64,000 nt of DNA, from positions 96,001 through 160,000 of IMG/VR virus record IMGVR_UViG_3300028048_001497, one strand, 5' to 3'. The translations under genes were made by a program, and so were the position numbers. This stretch comes from a virus. Taxonomy: Duplodnaviria > Caudoviricetes. The notes below the pieces were generated by a model. It was given only the letters and a program-made list of their open reading frames with translations. It was not told the DNA's origin and searched no databases. Shown piece after piece: positions 29,301-40,300 of the stretch (within the stretch, counting starts at the first letter, position 1; every line of letters begins with the position of its first letter).

Positions 29301-31814
29301 AAAGGATTAGTTTCTGAAAAATCATTAGAAGTAGTAGAGAGAGAACATTATGGTGAATTAAATCAAGAATTTGAGTCGGAGCAACAAAACGAAAAAGAAA
29401 TACAAAAGAATAAAAAAGCGACCGATGAAAAAAATAGTCATGATAATAGAAAACCAGAAGATTTGGCAAAAGAAGCAGATAAAGTACAAGGAACAGGAGT
29501 AAAGAAAGATACAAACAAAGACGATGGCAAAGTACATATTACCTTTGAAAAAGGTGATGCATTAAATCTATCTACAACTTCTACATCAACGAAAAAGACG
29601 TATGAATTTGCTCCAGCTTCAAAAGTAGCTATGAAAACGGATGCACAATCCATTTATTACGTAGAATCAGTATCTCGTAGTATAAGCGCACAAGGTTCTT
29701 CTACCATGACACTAAGTTTAAGTTGTGGTAGAATGATGGGTAAACCTAGTGTAATGGATTATATGTTACTGTTATATAAAACATATTTTGACCCCGCATT
29801 GGGTTTTTGTGCAGATATTACAGAGATTAATGATTTAAGATATAAGTACAATGGAAAAACCAAAACATATCAAATACAATCTTCTGATTCATTAATGACA
29901 ATTGCATATAAAGAATACGCATTAAAAGGTGAATATCAGGACGCTTATACGGCGCAACAATTAAACGATGCAACAAAAACAGTAGAAAATGATGAAAGTG
30001 CAGAATATCCTTATTCACTAAAAAATCTTTGTAATGAAGAAAAATGTAGTCAATTAAAAATAGATGGATTAACTCATTTTGAAAAAGAAGGAGTACAGTC
30101 TATTAATCTAATTGATTTCATTGATTTGTTTAAACGTATAAAAGATTATTCACAAGATAAATTCACAAATTTAACGAGTATTCAATATGGACGTTTTGTT
30201 GGTTCAAATCCTGACGATGCAAATGATTATACACTAATGTTTAATTTCATTGTATTTTATTTTGATGGTAATCCAACAGAGTGGTCTTGTGTAAGAACAG
30301 GGTTTAATGGATTAGTTGGTTCAAATGGTAAACCAGGTGAATGGTTATATCAGAAAAAAGATGATGTGCATGATATGTTCAAAGATACATATCATATGCT
30401 ACCAAACCATACATCTATATCAGGTGCAGAAGTTTTTGATTATTGGGTAGAAGCACAATGGTTGACGAATTTAAAAACGCAAGTATCACAACCGACAATA
30501 GGAGATAATAGAGATTTTTATATTACATCATGGAATAAAAATATAAGAGACGATATTATACAAGAAGCGGTAGCAATAAGTAAAGGCTCATTAGATATTA
30601 ACAATATAGAAGTTAAAAAAGCAACAGAAGGACAAAGAAAAATTGAAGAATTGCATCATGCTATTATTGCCTTAAATGTAGATAAATTTGGTAATACATT
30701 AAATATTAATTTAACACAATTTGATGGTACTTTAATGCAACACGTAGGTGAAACAATTGTTATTCCGAATGAAATTATATTAGATGGTGAATCGAAAAAA
30801 GAAATACCTGCGGAAAAAACAGAAACAGTATCAGATTCAGATATTACTGATGAAGAAAAAGCTAAATTTGGTGATGACGTTAAAAAATTCCATATGATAA
30901 GAAATGGTAAATATGTTACTAGATATGAAGGTAGCAAAATGATTGCGCAGTACACATTTGCGGATGATGGATATAATGATAAATTATGTGTAGAACCAAA
31001 ATGTCAAACAAATCTAGGCTTGTTAGATGCTTATGAAAAAGAACAAACTCCTAGAAGTAAAGATGGTAAAACTTGTTATCAGTCGCAATTGTCAAAACTT
31101 GTTACTATGAAAGATGGAAATCAATGTAGAGTTGTAGTAGTACAATATTGTTCTGATAAACAAGGACAAAATATTAATGAAGATTATAGTAAATGTTATT
31201 TCGGTATTAATGGTGTAGCAAAAGAATGTGAATTACAAGATAAAAGCACAGGAAAAGGTGTTACGTTTGGAAAGGTTGTAAGTACAGTTTCTACTTATGG
31301 TCAAGGTGGAAATAATAATATTGATAAACTGTTAAAAGAATCAACAGAATTTACTATAAAAGGAAATAATATATTAACGTTTACTGAAGATGGTAGTGGA
31401 AAAATAGATGATAATGTTGAAACAACATCGAATAATACAAAGAGCACTAAAAAAACAAAAAATAAAAAATCTAAGAAAGAAAAATCAGATAACAATAAAT
31501 CTACAAAAGGAAAAGAAAACACTATGCAGCCACTTTCTCAAAACAATGAAACTGCCAATGTAAATAATAAAAAAGAAGATTATAGAGAAGAAAGTAAAAA
31601 AGTATTAGGCGAAGCCGTAAAAGATAATCCCGATTTATTAAGTTCTCAAAAAGTAGGAACAAAAGCAAAAACATACAAAGAATTTAGTGCTAAACATTAT
31701 AAAGAATGTTATGAATCACAAAAGAAGAATTCACCAAATTCTCCAGATAGAATTATACAATATCATGCAGAACGTGCATGTAAAGTGATGTATTATAGTC
31801 AAAAGAAACGATAA
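26340..31814 (+). CDS. Baseplate hub-like protein with two LysM domains
   Basis: IFFGYIDTV...IEISATDQLKLL, EFFADEKGNIVLK, YYVESVSRS...MTLSL. LysM motifs YTVKPGDTFTTIA and YQIQSSDSLMTIA. Confidence 0.7.
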   Translation: MSSTNDTQNASENSKQEATAKQKDANTQSSTPDSTVKSQTNGDGDYNAAKNGGTHSTGNYYSNGNLEMSVGRDILDGSTFKKYEHPERLVGTQLQYRNNGNMKVINFKQDYVVLIRKKLYYAANSVMNMKTNAHVQDGYYVRSYKLDNWINLRTNISISGTPGNCQISLKGGEKVLCWEEMSVTNYGVPVVTQDYNGMVSDEFPDNTAQIKDVANNVDMTSKVKDNSENIQNKEDTGNKNTQATTNAEKAKLAEKAVDEAKGKAYNVETPQNLDDNHTWTSELSEDGTFRTIYIKSKKPNEQGKYEEQTIELPVGTSKEPNGSNGDVTLNNLESGYKIAEKCDWEPMDEVWIYGKSNFERDASGDFKMNQIFFGYIDTVTKSHQAGKTAGCTIEISATDQLKLLDLSYMTTNPSMTPGASGATGLDLRYSNQDEKHFGTFEIFNPFAVTQLMGLNCDASTASEAQKAVLRSAWRYFTLTNVFAGKPVCEIIKTLCLDAGIPPWYLRDRLEPIKFPPFTYSFKQADSKSLFNGQMMKRLNECNAAARKLMLEFFADEKGNIVLKCPNYALGVNSKPANNMGLESSTLLINKIDVDKIEPYYAVTTGDTYATDNLNGLTSDQKARIKYLKANCNNVEQVKQYYRISSLEKLTNITGDTKKASSALSAIDKKLSTNEAKTELAFVNSTTSYNNTYGKALGTKSIVTYTVKPGDTFTTIAKANLGNEDGWADIYEQAKEQFANDPTVNIKDKDDCQAIYGKVLKIELNRRYGNNGYISKSAQSLSESLSKKYGNDTTTWMNQAQEEDKNNQEEMNKIMSGKSAQYTEKVRKQYSGTLSEMTDALIPEIPQEFITSFSLTDTDKNIYNMYEVNIEGDFGVFDKGGPLQKISRVFPDIASMIRFGCRPSPNVYTVPYMGNKENAHLLGFMLSAQSLARRNSGSLSMIEDSFIHVGDPIRFFAYDEHPDVPLQEQLGDAVVDNSVLNEMSMKKDKGLVSEKSLEVVEREHYGELNQEFESEQQNEKEIQKNKKATDEKNSHDNRKPEDLAKEADKVQGTGVKKDTNKDDGKVHITFEKGDALNLSTTSTSTKKTYEFAPASKVAMKTDAQSIYYVESVSRSISAQGSSTMTLSLSCGRMMGKPSVMDYMLLLYKTYFDPALGFCADITEINDLRYKYNGKTKTYQIQSSDSLMTIAYKEYALKGEYQDAYTAQQLNDATKTVENDESAEYPYSLKNLCNEEKCSQLKIDGLTHFEKEGVQSINLIDFIDLFKRIKDYSQDKFTNLTSIQYGRFVGSNPDDANDYTLMFNFIVFYFDGNPTEWSCVRTGFNGLVGSNGKPGEWLYQKKDDVHDMFKDTYHMLPNHTSISGAEVFDYWVEAQWLTNLKTQVSQPTIGDNRDFYITSWNKNIRDDIIQEAVAISKGSLDINNIEVKKATEGQRKIEELHHAIIALNVDKFGNTLNINLTQFDGTLMQHVGETIVIPNEIILDGESKKEIPAEKTETVSDSDITDEEKAKFGDDVKKFHMIRNGKYVTRYEGSKMIAQYTFADDGYNDKLCVEPKCQTNLGLLDAYEKEQTPRSKDGKTCYQSQLSKLVTMKDGNQCRVVVVQYCSDKQGQNINEDYSKCYFGINGVAKECELQDKSTGKGVTFGKVVSTVSTYGQGGNNNIDKLLKESTEFTIKGNNILTFTEDGSGKIDDNVETTSNNTKSTKKTKNKKSKKEKSDNNKSTKGKENTMQPLSQNNETANVNNKKEDYREESKKVLGEAVKDNPDLLSSQKVGTKAKTYKEFSAKHYKECYESQKKNSPNSPDRIIQYHAERACKVMYYSQKKR

Positions 31815-31840
31815 AAATATATTTCATATGGTGATGTAAA

Positions 31841-32074
31841 TTGAATATATATGTAAGTTATTTTCAAAAAATGAAAAGTGGAAATCTTTCAGAAACATTA
31901 TCTACTGCAAAGAAAGCATTAAATGGAATAAAAAATGCTAAAGGGTTAATTTCTAATGCAAAGGGTGCATTAAAAGGAGCAGTAAAAAATAAAGTAAATG
32001 ATATGAAAAAGCAAAAAATAAATCAATTGAAAAGTGGTGCATTGAAAAAGATAAAATCGAAAACAAAGAGGTGA
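31841..32074 (+). CDS. Small Lys-rich hypothetical protein
   Basis: SD GGTGA before TTG, tight operon spacing. Confidence 0.55.
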   Translation: MNIYVSYFQKMKSGNLSETLSTAKKALNGIKNAKGLISNAKGALKGAVKNKVNDMKKQKINQLKSGALKKIKSKTKR

Positions 32075-32080
32075 TGTAAT

Positions 32081-33082
32081 ATGTCAACGTGGCAAAAAGA
32101 TGAAAATGGTCACGAATATAGGGTTAATGCAAATGGTACGTGGACGTATAATCCACGAACAACATCTGTAGATTATATCCATCAAAGAGCACAAAAGATA
32201 AGACAACAACAAAAAAGTTTAGCAACAATAATATCTGGAACAACAAATGGTACTGTAAAAAACACATCAAGTAATATTGGAACAACGGCAAAACAGGCAA
32301 CGCAAAAAGCAACACAAGTATCACAAACACTTCAAGGAGTTACAAGTAATGTTGGGAAGGTACGAGAAGAAGTAACCGATGCTGTTGCAGATGCTAATAA
32401 GAAAATAGACGGTGTAAAAGATAAAGCAGAGAAAGCAACAAATCAATTAAATAAATTAAAGAATAAAGCTGCTGGTCTAAAAGGTTTATCAGGGTTATCA
32501 GGATTATTCGGTGCAGTAGCAGGAAATTTGCTTATTTCTAAAATGATGGGCAAAATGGGTGAAATACCCGCAGGTAAATTGATTGGGCAAATTGCTAATA
32601 TTGCAACTTTAGCAAAAGCAATAAGTGAAGTAATTAAATTACAAAACAAAGCAACTACACCAAATAATACGAAAGCAGTAGATAAAGATGGTAATGAAAT
32701 AGAAAAGTCTAGCGGTGAAGGTTCAACAGATAGTAGTGATGAATCGAGTACTGGAGATAAAACATCTTCTATAAAAAACAAAGGCTATTTACCTACAAAA
32801 GAAATGATTGGTATTATGGGTAATCCTGAAAAAACAAAACAAATGGAACAAGCTGATATATATACAAAATGCGCTGAAAATTGTACAAAGGCAGGGCAAA
32901 TACATCAAGCGAATATATACAAAAAAATGGCTTTATCTTCATCTATGCTTGCCACTACTGGGAAATATTTATTTAATAAAGATACTGTATCAAATGCAGA
33001 ACAACGAATTACAGAATATAAAAAATATAAAGAAGATAAAGAACAAGCATGGAAAGAATTTCAAAAAGGATATGGCAAATAA
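32081..33082 (+). CDS. Hypothetical virion-module protein
   Basis: SD GAGGTGA. C-terminal helical domain similar to the C-terminus of 24056..26245. Confidence 0.75.
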   Translation: MSTWQKDENGHEYRVNANGTWTYNPRTTSVDYIHQRAQKIRQQQKSLATIISGTTNGTVKNTSSNIGTTAKQATQKATQVSQTLQGVTSNVGKVREEVTDAVADANKKIDGVKDKAEKATNQLNKLKNKAAGLKGLSGLSGLFGAVAGNLLISKMMGKMGEIPAGKLIGQIANIATLAKAISEVIKLQNKATTPNNTKAVDKDGNEIEKSSGEGSTDSSDESSTGDKTSSIKNKGYLPTKEMIGIMGNPEKTKQMEQADIYTKCAENCTKAGQIHQANIYKKMALSSSMLATTGKYLFNKDTVSNAEQRITEYKKYKEDKEQAWKEFQKGYGK

Positions 33083-33093
33083 GGTGATGATAA

Positions 33094-33813
33094 ATGTCGA
33101 GTGTAGTATCAAAAGCAAAAAATGTAAAGGATAAAGTTGATAATATAAAGGACAAAGCAAATGCAGTAAAGAATTTAAAAAATGGATTAAAAAATGGTAG
33201 TGCAATAAAAGGTGCTTTAGGTGGTGCTTTATCAAAAGCTACAGGTAGTTTGGGTGTAGTAACTGAATTATCAGATTATGCAAAAGGTGAAGCAACAAAT
33301 CCTGTCAATGCGTTAAAAAATAGTAGTTTGGTAAAACAAATGCAGAATAATAATGATGCTATTGTTCAACAATCTACAGGTGCTAGTACAAATTCTGACG
33401 TTTCTGGTGCAGGAAAATCTAGTTTAAAAGATAAATTACTTGGAAAAGTAAAGGGTGCTATTAAAAGTAAAGCAGATAGTATTGGTGGTAAATTAGCAAA
33501 TAAAATTGTTAATAAAGCCATAGGTAAAATAGCAGGTAAAAGTGGAATAGCAGGAATGGCTATTGGTGCTATTGCAGGTGGAGCAACAAAAAAATTAGGT
33601 AGTTCCATAAGCGGATTTATTAAAGGTGGAGGAAAAAAGATTAATACCAAACAACTTGCAAATACTTTAAAACAAACCAAAGGAATTGGTTCTAATAGTG
33701 CAAAATCTGTTGCTACAAAAGGTTTACAACAAATAGCTAAAAAAGTAAGTGGTGCTACAACAACAAGTAAAACGATACAGGATTATGTTAAAAATCATAC
33801 TAAATGCTATTAA
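33094..33813 (+). CDS. Lys/Gly/Ala-rich hypothetical protein
   Basis: SD AAGGTGA, low-complexity amphipathic/glycine-zipper sequence. Confidence 0.75.
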   Translation: MSSVVSKAKNVKDKVDNIKDKANAVKNLKNGLKNGSAIKGALGGALSKATGSLGVVTELSDYAKGEATNPVNALKNSSLVKQMQNNNDAIVQQSTGASTNSDVSGAGKSSLKDKLLGKVKGAIKSKADSIGGKLANKIVNKAIGKIAGKSGIAGMAIGAIAGGATKKLGSSISGFIKGGGKKINTKQLANTLKQTKGIGSNSAKSVATKGLQQIAKKVSGATTTSKTIQDYVKNHTKCY

Positions 33814-33890
33814 AATTTAATGTTAATATAAATATACCAACAAGTTTGGTATATTTTTTTATTAGATGAAAAAGAAGGGGGATTTTGTTA

Positions 33891-34850
33891 ATGGCGTTTC
33901 AATTAACAGATACAGATTTGCAAAATTATAGTGATAATCAAAATAATTTACAAATTCAAGATGTAGAAGCACCAAAGCCATATGCTACTTATGCAGTTTC
34001 AGCTTCAAAAAATCAGTTAGATAAATATTATGATATACAAATTCGTGTAGCTCAAATAGATTACCCAGGTAATGAAGTAATTAGTCCTTTTACACGTGAC
34101 CCAACAAATGTAACAGGTATTGTAAATGATATAGAGAAAAAAGTTTGTTTGAGAATTAATGATATAAATATGGGTGTTGCGGATTCTGTTGGTTCTACAG
34201 GAGTACAGGAACGAAAAACGAGTTATAATGTAACACAAAGAAATATTTCACAAGTTACGAATACAGATTCAATTCCGAATATACCATTAACATTTCCTTT
34301 TATTTTTACCAGTCCGTCTAATTGGTGTGGATTTAATTTTTTACCACCAGCAGGATGTAAAGTGTTAGTCGGATTTGGTAAACAGAATATGCCATATATA
34401 TTAGGTTATTTAGCAGAAAATGTAAAAGTAATATCACCTGTGTTATCTCCAGGTGAGATAATGATAAAAGGAATAGGGAATAATTACATTTATTGGAGTA
34501 GAGACGGTGTACTAACTCTTTATGCAGGTGCAGAAGAAGGAGAGTTAGATAAGAACGATTACACAAAAGAATTAACTAATAAAGAAACTGCTTCTTGTTC
34601 GATTGTATTAAATGCAAATCAAGGAGAAATTGTTTTTTCAACGAATAATTCACAAATGAGATTAAATTCACAAGGAATTAATATGGCTTATGCAAGTGGT
34701 AGTAATGTTTCATCGTTTAATATAGCTGAAGGTATTTCTTCTGATACGACAGGCAACATTTCTCGTACAAGTGCTAGTGCAACAACAAATACACCTAAAA
34801 ATTCTGATAATACTGGTGCAAAATCAAAGGTGAATGAATTATGTCGATAG
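33891..34850 (+). CDS. Baseplate spike / gpV-like protein
   Basis: OB-fold-type pattern GFNFLPPAGCKVLVGF...PYILGY, beta-rich C-terminus, position before wedge genes. Confidence 0.65.
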   Translation: MAFQLTDTDLQNYSDNQNNLQIQDVEAPKPYATYAVSASKNQLDKYYDIQIRVAQIDYPGNEVISPFTRDPTNVTGIVNDIEKKVCLRINDINMGVADSVGSTGVQERKTSYNVTQRNISQVTNTDSIPNIPLTFPFIFTSPSNWCGFNFLPPAGCKVLVGFGKQNMPYILGYLAENVKVISPVLSPGEIMIKGIGNNYIYWSRDGVLTLYAGAEEGELDKNDYTKELTNKETASCSIVLNANQGEIVFSTNNSQMRLNSQGINMAYASGSNVSSFNIAEGISSDTTGNISRTSASATTNTPKNSDNTGAKSKVNELCR

Positions 34851-35326
34851 ATGCGGAAATTTTTACAATGTGTGACCATTATACAGGAGGGAAACAATAT
34901 GCTCCTGAAAAATGTCCGAAATGTGGTGGTGTAGGGTATTATTATGATATATCCTACGATAATCAAGGACAAGCGAAATTGGTTACAGGAACGGTTAAAT
35001 TACAACAAGAAGTATTAAAAATTATTAATGATGAAAAAGGCAATAATATATTCTTTGAACGTTGGGGTTCGGAATTACATAATTTAATTGGTACGAAGAA
35101 AACAAAACTAACAAATTCAAAAGTACAAATGATGATTATCACTTCATTAGAATATTTACAATTGTTACAAAATCAAGAAAACAATTTATATAAAAATATG
35201 TCACAGGATGAAATTCTGTTAGGGATAAAAGATATAAATGTTGATGATTATACTGTTGGTTTTGATGTATCTGTAACAATAGAAAACCAATCGAATGAAA
35301 TACTGAATCAAACAGTCTTACTGTGA
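34841..35326 (+). CDS. Baseplate wedge protein, gp25/W-like, with N-terminal Cys motif
   Basis: KLQQEVLKII...GNNIFFERWGSELHNLIG; lies directly upstream of baseplate J. Confidence 0.7.
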   Translation: MSIDAEIFTMCDHYTGGKQYAPEKCPKCGGVGYYYDISYDNQGQAKLVTGTVKLQQEVLKIINDEKGNNIFFERWGSELHNLIGTKKTKLTNSKVQMMIITSLEYLQLLQNQENNLYKNMSQDEILLGIKDINVDDYTVGFDVSVTIENQSNEILNQTVLL

Positions 35327-35343
35327 AAGTTGGTGTAATATAA

Positions 35344-37320
35344 TTGATAAAACAAAGAACATTTGAAGAAATAGAACAATCTATTAGAAATAATATTAAC
35401 GATAGAGACGAAAGAGTGGATTCAAAACCAGGTACATTCGTATCTGATGTATTCGTACAACCTGAAGCAGATGAATTAGCATCTGCTTATATAGATATGA
35501 AAATTCTTGAAATAAATCAATCTATCAATACTGCATCGGGCTATAATTTAGACCGTTTAGGAATGAATTATTTTACATATCGTATGGCAGGAGAAAAAGC
35601 CCAAGCTCGTGTAAGATTTTATATTTCCAAATCGGATAAATTGAATTTAAAAGTAGATGATTTACCAGAAGAGATATATATTCCTTTAGGATTTCAAGTA
35701 GCCACGGAAGGTTCTTTAACAACAGACCAAATTGTTTTTACAACAACGGAATCTGCGTATATGACACAACAACAAATGTATGATAGTGCTTTAATTGATG
35801 AAGGAACTGGATATAAATATATTGAACTTCCTGTTACGTGTGAAGCAAAAGGTTCAGGTGGTAATGTAGAAGCTGGTGCCATTACCGCTATGTATGATGA
35901 TACAATAGATGGTATTGTCGCAGTTAGTAATCCATTATCTGCTACAGGTGGTAAAGACACAGAATCAGATGAATCCTTAAAAGTAAGAATAATGCTTGCA
36001 GTATTGGGAGCTTCTATTTGCACAAAAAATGGTTATTTAAAATGGGCGATACAAAAAGATAATGTGAATGACGTAACAGTAATTGGTGCAGGAGATAATT
36101 TAATGTTCCGTGATGGTGGATTTATCAATGCATCAGGCTCTTATTCTTATGGCAGGGGTGGCATGGTTGATATTTGGGTTCGTGGAGAAATGCCACAACA
36201 ATATGTATTGCAATACAGTATTACCGATAGTTATAAAACAGGTAAAGGTTTGTCAGGAGATTATGAAGGTATTGCTTGCCATGATATTGTTTTGCCAAAC
36301 CAGCCTGTATTAAATATTGTTTCTATAAAATCACTTAATACAGATTATGTGTTTGAAAACGCAGATAATTACGGAATAGAATATGGTTATGATAGTCATT
36401 CTATGCTAACAAGAACATATTATAAAGATATTTTGTGGGATTTTGGAGTAACGGAATCATTTACTGATACAGATTATTATCCAATGGATGTTATTGACGA
36501 AACAGAAGTCGCTATTTTAAAGAAACAAGTAAATCAAGCATTACTTGATTTAACTGATAAAATGGAAAATGTTAGAGAATCTTTAAATTGGTATCTCGCT
36601 GATTACGAAGATTTAAATTCTTATGATGTAACGCCAATGTTTCGTAAGGTAAGAATTAATAAAACGGTATATAAAGTGGTTGCCGTTGATAAACGATTAA
36701 ACGGTAGAACTTTTATTAAGAAAAAGAATAAAATATATCTTAGAGTGTATCAAGAACCTGATTATGTATTAGTTCCTACTCCATATTCCGAAGAAGATAA
36801 ATCAAAGTCTCAAATGGGTAAAGATATGGGCGGTTCTATATATGCAACGGATTGTATTCAATGGACAAATACAGGAAAGTCTAAATTACAATCAGGAGAT
36901 ACATTGATTATTACATATTCAACGAATAATCTAATTCGTTTTTTACAAGATGAAATGGATGGTATGAGAATATTAACGGCTGATATATTATTACGTCAAG
37001 CAAAGCGTGTAGATGTTCAAGTATCTATGAATGTTAATATTGATGGTACGTTTAATGCCAATATTGTTCGTAATATGGTATCTACTGCTATTAGTACATA
37101 TATTAATTCTATGCAACGAATGGGTTCTAGTATTGAAGATTCCGAGTTGGTTACACTAGCTCGTGGGTTGGAAGGTGTTACTCACATTGATATAGATAAT
37201 GTTACATTATGTAAAACAGGACAAGAAGATGTAAGTGAAATTGAATTAGAAGCAAATGAATATTTCAATTTGAAAGATTTGTTCTTGACAATAACAAGCA
37301 AAGGTTCGGTTGATTCTTAA
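35344..37320 (+). CDS. Baseplate J / gp47-like protein
   Basis: TASGYNLDRLG, GSGGNVEAGAI, NPLSATGGKDTESDESLKVR. Confidence 0.9.
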   Translation: MIKQRTFEEIEQSIRNNINDRDERVDSKPGTFVSDVFVQPEADELASAYIDMKILEINQSINTASGYNLDRLGMNYFTYRMAGEKAQARVRFYISKSDKLNLKVDDLPEEIYIPLGFQVATEGSLTTDQIVFTTTESAYMTQQQMYDSALIDEGTGYKYIELPVTCEAKGSGGNVEAGAITAMYDDTIDGIVAVSNPLSATGGKDTESDESLKVRIMLAVLGASICTKNGYLKWAIQKDNVNDVTVIGAGDNLMFRDGGFINASGSYSYGRGGMVDIWVRGEMPQQYVLQYSITDSYKTGKGLSGDYEGIACHDIVLPNQPVLNIVSIKSLNTDYVFENADNYGIEYGYDSHSMLTRTYYKDILWDFGVTESFTDTDYYPMDVIDETEVAILKKQVNQALLDLTDKMENVRESLNWYLADYEDLNSYDVTPMFRKVRINKTVYKVVAVDKRLNGRTFIKKKNKIYLRVYQEPDYVLVPTPYSEEDKSKSQMGKDMGGSIYATDCIQWTNTGKSKLQSGDTLIITYSTNNLIRFLQDEMDGMRILTADILLRQAKRVDVQVSMNVNIDGTFNANIVRNMVSTAISTYINSMQRMGSSIEDSELVTLARGLEGVTHIDIDNVTLCKTGQEDVSEIELEANEYFNLKDLFLTITSKGSVDS

Positions 37321-37341
37321 TTATGAAGGGTTGGGATTATA

Positions 37342-40300
37342 TTGAAAACAGGTATTAGATTTACTTGTTTGAAAAATGGAGATAATTTATTAGGTCAGAA
37401 TTGGGAATACAAAAATAAAACTGGCGTAGATGCAGTTAAAGAAAAACTCAACACTCTTTTTTATCTTACAGATGATTTAAGTGTTGACTATATTATTGAT
37501 ACATTACAATTAGGTAAAGGTTCTGCAAATGATTTATATTTACCGAATACAGGTATTAATGGCGATTTGTGGTCAATTACCGAAAGAATGGAACAATATG
37601 AAAAATTATCTTCACAGTATAACAAACAATTAGTTATTGAATTAGAGTTCCCAACTTATGTAACTGAATATAATTATCAACAGTATGCTCAATATGCAGT
37701 AGATGTTATTCATAAATTTTCATTTGTCAAATATTGGCAAATAATGACAACTCCTGAAGAAATTGATAAGGCAACAAATGCGTATAAATGTCCACCTGGT
37801 GTATATGTGCAATTGATAAAATATATTTATGAGATTGTACATACAAATGACCCAACAATGCATATTGGTGGCCCAGGTTGTTTTAGTGCAGTTGTTGACT
37901 ATATAAATAGTGCTTATAAAAATGCAGATAAGCAAGTGTTCCATACAGGATGGCTTGCAGAAGCAACAGGTGAATTATATGGTACAAATCCTGCTTATGA
38001 TAATACAGAAAAAGCAGGTTTCTTACCTTACATAGATTTCTTTGCTTTTCAGGGAGATATGAGTACAGGTAAGTTTACCTATGAAAATTTTTATTTTGAT
38101 GTACAGAAATTAAAAACAGGATTAGTTGCACAGGCAAATCGTTCAGGTATTACTTTTGATGTTCCATTTGTTTCAACAAAACAAGGTCATATGGCAGATG
38201 ATAAATCAAAACAAGACCTTGAATTACAGGCTTATCGTGATTTAAAAGAGTATATGATTGATTTCGTATCGGATGTTGTACCTTTTAAAGCACAATTAAT
38301 TGATGAATATTTCGATGAAAAAGATAAGAATACACAAAAAAATGTATATGGCATTTTATATTATTATGTAAATAATGCTTATAAACCTGCGTATCAACAA
38401 TTTCAATTTATTTTAAATAAATTAAAAGATTATCATACAATTTTAAAAGATGAAATAATGATAAAAGCAAAACGCCCTTATGATGATTTAGAGGGTGATG
38501 TGCAGAGTGTTATGTTCTTGAATGATAATAAGGATAAAGTACTTACAGTAATTTATCCGACAGTAGAACGTAATGTTAATATAGGCAATACAACTTTTTC
38601 AACGGTTACATTAACACCTGCGTTAAATCGAACGGTTTATTTACCGAATGGAAATTCTGTTAGTTTGGTAAATCCAACAGATGTTAATTTTAAAAATTAC
38701 GATTTTATTGTTGTTGAAGAAAACATTGTTGTTAGTACAATTAACAAAGAAGAACTCCAAGCGAATGTTGAACTAAAATTAAAATTTTATAATACATACA
38801 TTAAACGTTTATTGAAAATGGTCCCAGATGATTATAATAAGGAAGTATATGATACAAACTTTTATAATCTGCTAAGAGCGGTTGGTATTGAATTTGGTGA
38901 TATGCGATATGAAATGAAAATATTGCAAGATAACTATTATTTGTCTACTGCTCATGGGGATGCCATTTATAATAATTTTGGTGCATTAATCGGTGTTCGT
39001 TGGAAGAAAAAATGGTCAGAAGAACAATATAGAACTGCTGTATCAGGTATTATAGATGCTTTGTTGCATGGTTCAAATAAACCATCTATCCAAAAAGCAA
39101 TTAAGGCTTATACAGGATATGATGTAAAAATTTATGAATTGTTCGAGGATTATGACCATTATGGTATTCCAAAAGAAGAAAATTGGGATAATCAATATCG
39201 TTTTACGGTTGAAGTACAAAAAGATATTGATGATGATTTAGATGTTTCCGATGCATATGATGATGTTAAAGAAGTATTAGATTTAACAAAACCCGCTCAT
39301 ACATTACCAATTATTATGATTGTCTTAGTTGGTAAAGAAGATTATAGAGATTGGTATAAACAAAAATATGGCATAGATTTTAGTCAATCAGATAAATTCA
39401 ATAGTGAATTGATGAAATTCAATGAAAGTAATCGTTTTGGTTGGAAGTCTTTAGGTTATGATTGGGTATTAGAACATGATAGTTCTAATTTCAAAAAAGT
39501 AAATGGTGTATTCCCGATTGCTCCTAGATATACCATGTATGATAGGTATAAATTAGATTATACACAATGGTATAAACAAAAATATAAAAAACCTGTAGAT
39601 ATATTAGATGCAGAATTAATTTCATGGTATCAAGATAAATATGATAGAAAAACATTAGATACTATGAAATCTCTAATTGAATTAGAATTTTCTGAAGCTA
39701 AATTCGGTATAAAACCAACGGCAACAGAATGGATATTAAAAACAAATGGTGGATTTTTATATGATGATAAAGGACATATCATTGGTTCAGAATATCGTAA
39801 AACCATGTCACATAGATATGGATTTAAATTTGCATTAAAAGATGATATGTGGCTATTATATGAGTATTTTGGAAAAGAAAAATATAAAGAAGTTAAAGAG
39901 ACACAATTGTTCGCAGAATTAACAATTCATTTAAAAGAAAAGTATGCGAAACCTATAGAACAATATAACGCTCATTTGGAATCATCATATCAAGAATTAA
40001 AATTCGGATTAGTACCGAATTATAATAAAACTGCTATGACTTATCAAAAAAATCCACGAAATAGATTGAATCGGTTGGTTGACCATAGCAGATATGCGGT
40101 AAAAAATCGCTTATATGATGGAGATATTTCAGAATCCCTGACATTTAATGAAAATGTAAAAAATCCAAGTAGTAATTTAATAATTACAAATAGTAAAAAA
40201 TTTAAGGAAAAAATAAATAAGCCAACAGATAGTTTTTTTACTGTAAATCAAGAGCATACATATTCTGAAAATAAATTTAAATCTCCGACAGAAAGTGCAA

